A DNA stretch of 27,670 nt from positions 1-27,670 of the IMG/VR virus record IMGVR_UViG_3300043421_000098; one strand, given 5' to 3'. The DNA comes from a virus. Its lineage: Duplodnaviria; Caudoviricetes. Under the pieces are notes generated by a model. It was not told where the DNA came from. It saw nothing but the letters and a program-made list of their open reading frames with translations, and ran no database searches. Both the position numbers and the translations under genes were made by a program. Each line of letters begins with the position of its first letter. Positions within the stretch are counted from its first letter, which is position 1. Below are positions 26,643-27,670 of the stretch, in pieces.

Positions 26643-27659
26643 TTAATCTAAACCCACTTCATCCCATAACTGATCACGGCTTTTACCGTTCATGCCGCGC
26701 ATTTGCGACACCATTTCTTCTGGTTTTAAGCCAAGAAAGTTATTCAATTGGCTATTTTTTGCTGCTAACCCCGCACCTACTACCCCAGCTTGAGCCGATA
26801 GACTCCGTGGCGTGTTGGGTTTATTGGGAGCTACCTGAGTAGCTGCTGGTTGCGGTTCAATAGCTTTGGTTTGACGAGATTGATTGGTTGTTTGTGATTG
26901 CAGACTAGCTTTAGCACGCTTGACCACTTCAGCCGTGCGTGAAACATCATCGAGTCCTGCAAAATGGGGATCAGCGAGTAATTGCTGCTCTATCGTAATA
27001 GCAGCCTGTGCAAGCTTTGCGTAAGTATCGTTAGCAGGGGTCTTCCCACGTTGTTTCGCCCCATCAATCCATTCAGCAATCTGGTGGATAGGATGATCCG
27101 CAGGTGCTTGATCGACCACATTAAAAAATGCATGCTCTTGTTCAGAGTAGGCTTCGGGGTCAATCACATAATTAGCGACACTTGGTTGATTGAGCGCATC
27201 CAACCGCTTTTGCTGAAGCTCAATCGCTTCCCGCATCGCATCGGGATCACCTTCACCAATCGCCGCATAATTAATTTCCGTTGGCGGTTCTGGTACAACC
27301 AGCCCCCGCTTTTCTGCATACGCCAGTTTTTCTTTCAAAGCTTGATTTTCTTGCTCAAGCTTCAAGCGGGTCTTTTCCGCTCCTGACAACTGCCGCGCCG
27401 TTTTCCGATACTCACGAATAGGAATAAAACCCTTGGGGTTATCCCGCTTCAACGCCTGATCCGCTCCACTGTCTGCTTGCTCAGCATCAACAGTTGCAGT
27501 CTCTTCAGAATCGTCAGCATCCTCCACTTGCACAGCAGCAGGCTCATCTTCTTCTGGCCGTTCAACAAACGTTTCTAGCTCGTCCGGTTCATCTTGTTCT
27601 TCCACCGTATTCAAGCCTTCCAGCATTTGCTTCTTTAATTCAGCTAAATTTTCACTCAC
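26643..27659 (-). CDS. Putative capsid scaffolding protein
   Basis: Acidic N-terminus, FIPIREY followed by a coiled coil, P.SLS motif near the C-terminus. Directly upstream of the capsid gene; GTG start with RBS AGGA. Confidence 0.7.
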   Translation of the reverse strand: MSENLAELKKQMLEGLNTVEEQDEPDELETFVERPEEDEPAAVQVEDADDSEETATVDAEQADSGADQALKRDNPKGFIPIREYRKTARQLSGAEKTRLKLEQENQALKEKLAYAEKRGLVVPEPPTEINYAAIGEGDPDAMREAIELQQKRLDALNQPSVANYVIDPEAYSEQEHAFFNVVDQAPADHPIHQIAEWIDGAKQRGKTPANDTYAKLAQAAITIEQQLLADPHFAGLDDVSRTAEVVKRAKASLQSQTTNQSRQTKAIEPQPAATQVAPNKPNTPRSLSAQAGVVGAGLAAKNSQLNNFLGLKPEEMVSQMRGMNGKSRDQLWDEVGLD

Positions 27660-27670
27660 GTTTATTTCCT

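Larger units (their letters stand above)
576..27670 (-). mobile_element. Podovirus-like phage/prophage morphogenesis region (ends not visible)
   Basis: Gene order scaffold-capsid-adaptors-fibres-nozzle-ejection proteins, with no tape measure or tail tube gene; contains an antirepressor island. Confidence 0.9.

Noticed and set aside
1-27670. CRISPR array, tRNA, rRNA, IS element or integrase
   Set aside because: No regularly spaced repeats, cloverleaf or transposase/recombinase motifs were seen by eye.

Overview
The window is part of a tailed (podovirus-like) phage or prophage. The right 17 kb (10865-27659, minus strand) is a tightly coupled virion operon: scaffold, N4-gp56/DUF4043-like major capsid protein, a Cys-rich capsid-associated protein, two head-tail adaptor-like proteins, two paralogous Cys-rich tail/receptor-binding proteins, a nozzle-like protein, a GNAT-like protein, and internal (ejection) proteins including a lytic transglycosylase. 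At the left end a 1565-aa PLxRFG-type polyvalent protein carries metallopeptidase-like and ADP-ribosyltransferase-like domains. Between the ejection genes and that polyvalent gene lies a 5.5-kb accessory island (about 5300-10840) bounded by two related hairpins in inverted orientation. It is built around a divergent promoter switch. Leftward are a leaderless XRE repressor, a Uma2 nuclease, a small exported Cys protein, an orphan DUF2442 protein and an unusual signal peptide/peptidoglycan-binding/transmembrane/HNH nuclease. Rightward are a 26-aa leader ORF, a lambda-O-like protein, a hypothetical protein and a Rha/ANT antirepressor. The best candidate for an undescribed system is the envelope-spanning HNH nuclease and its neighbours, as a prophage-encoded defence or superinfection-exclusion module. 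All family assignments come from recognising motifs by eye; no database search was run.
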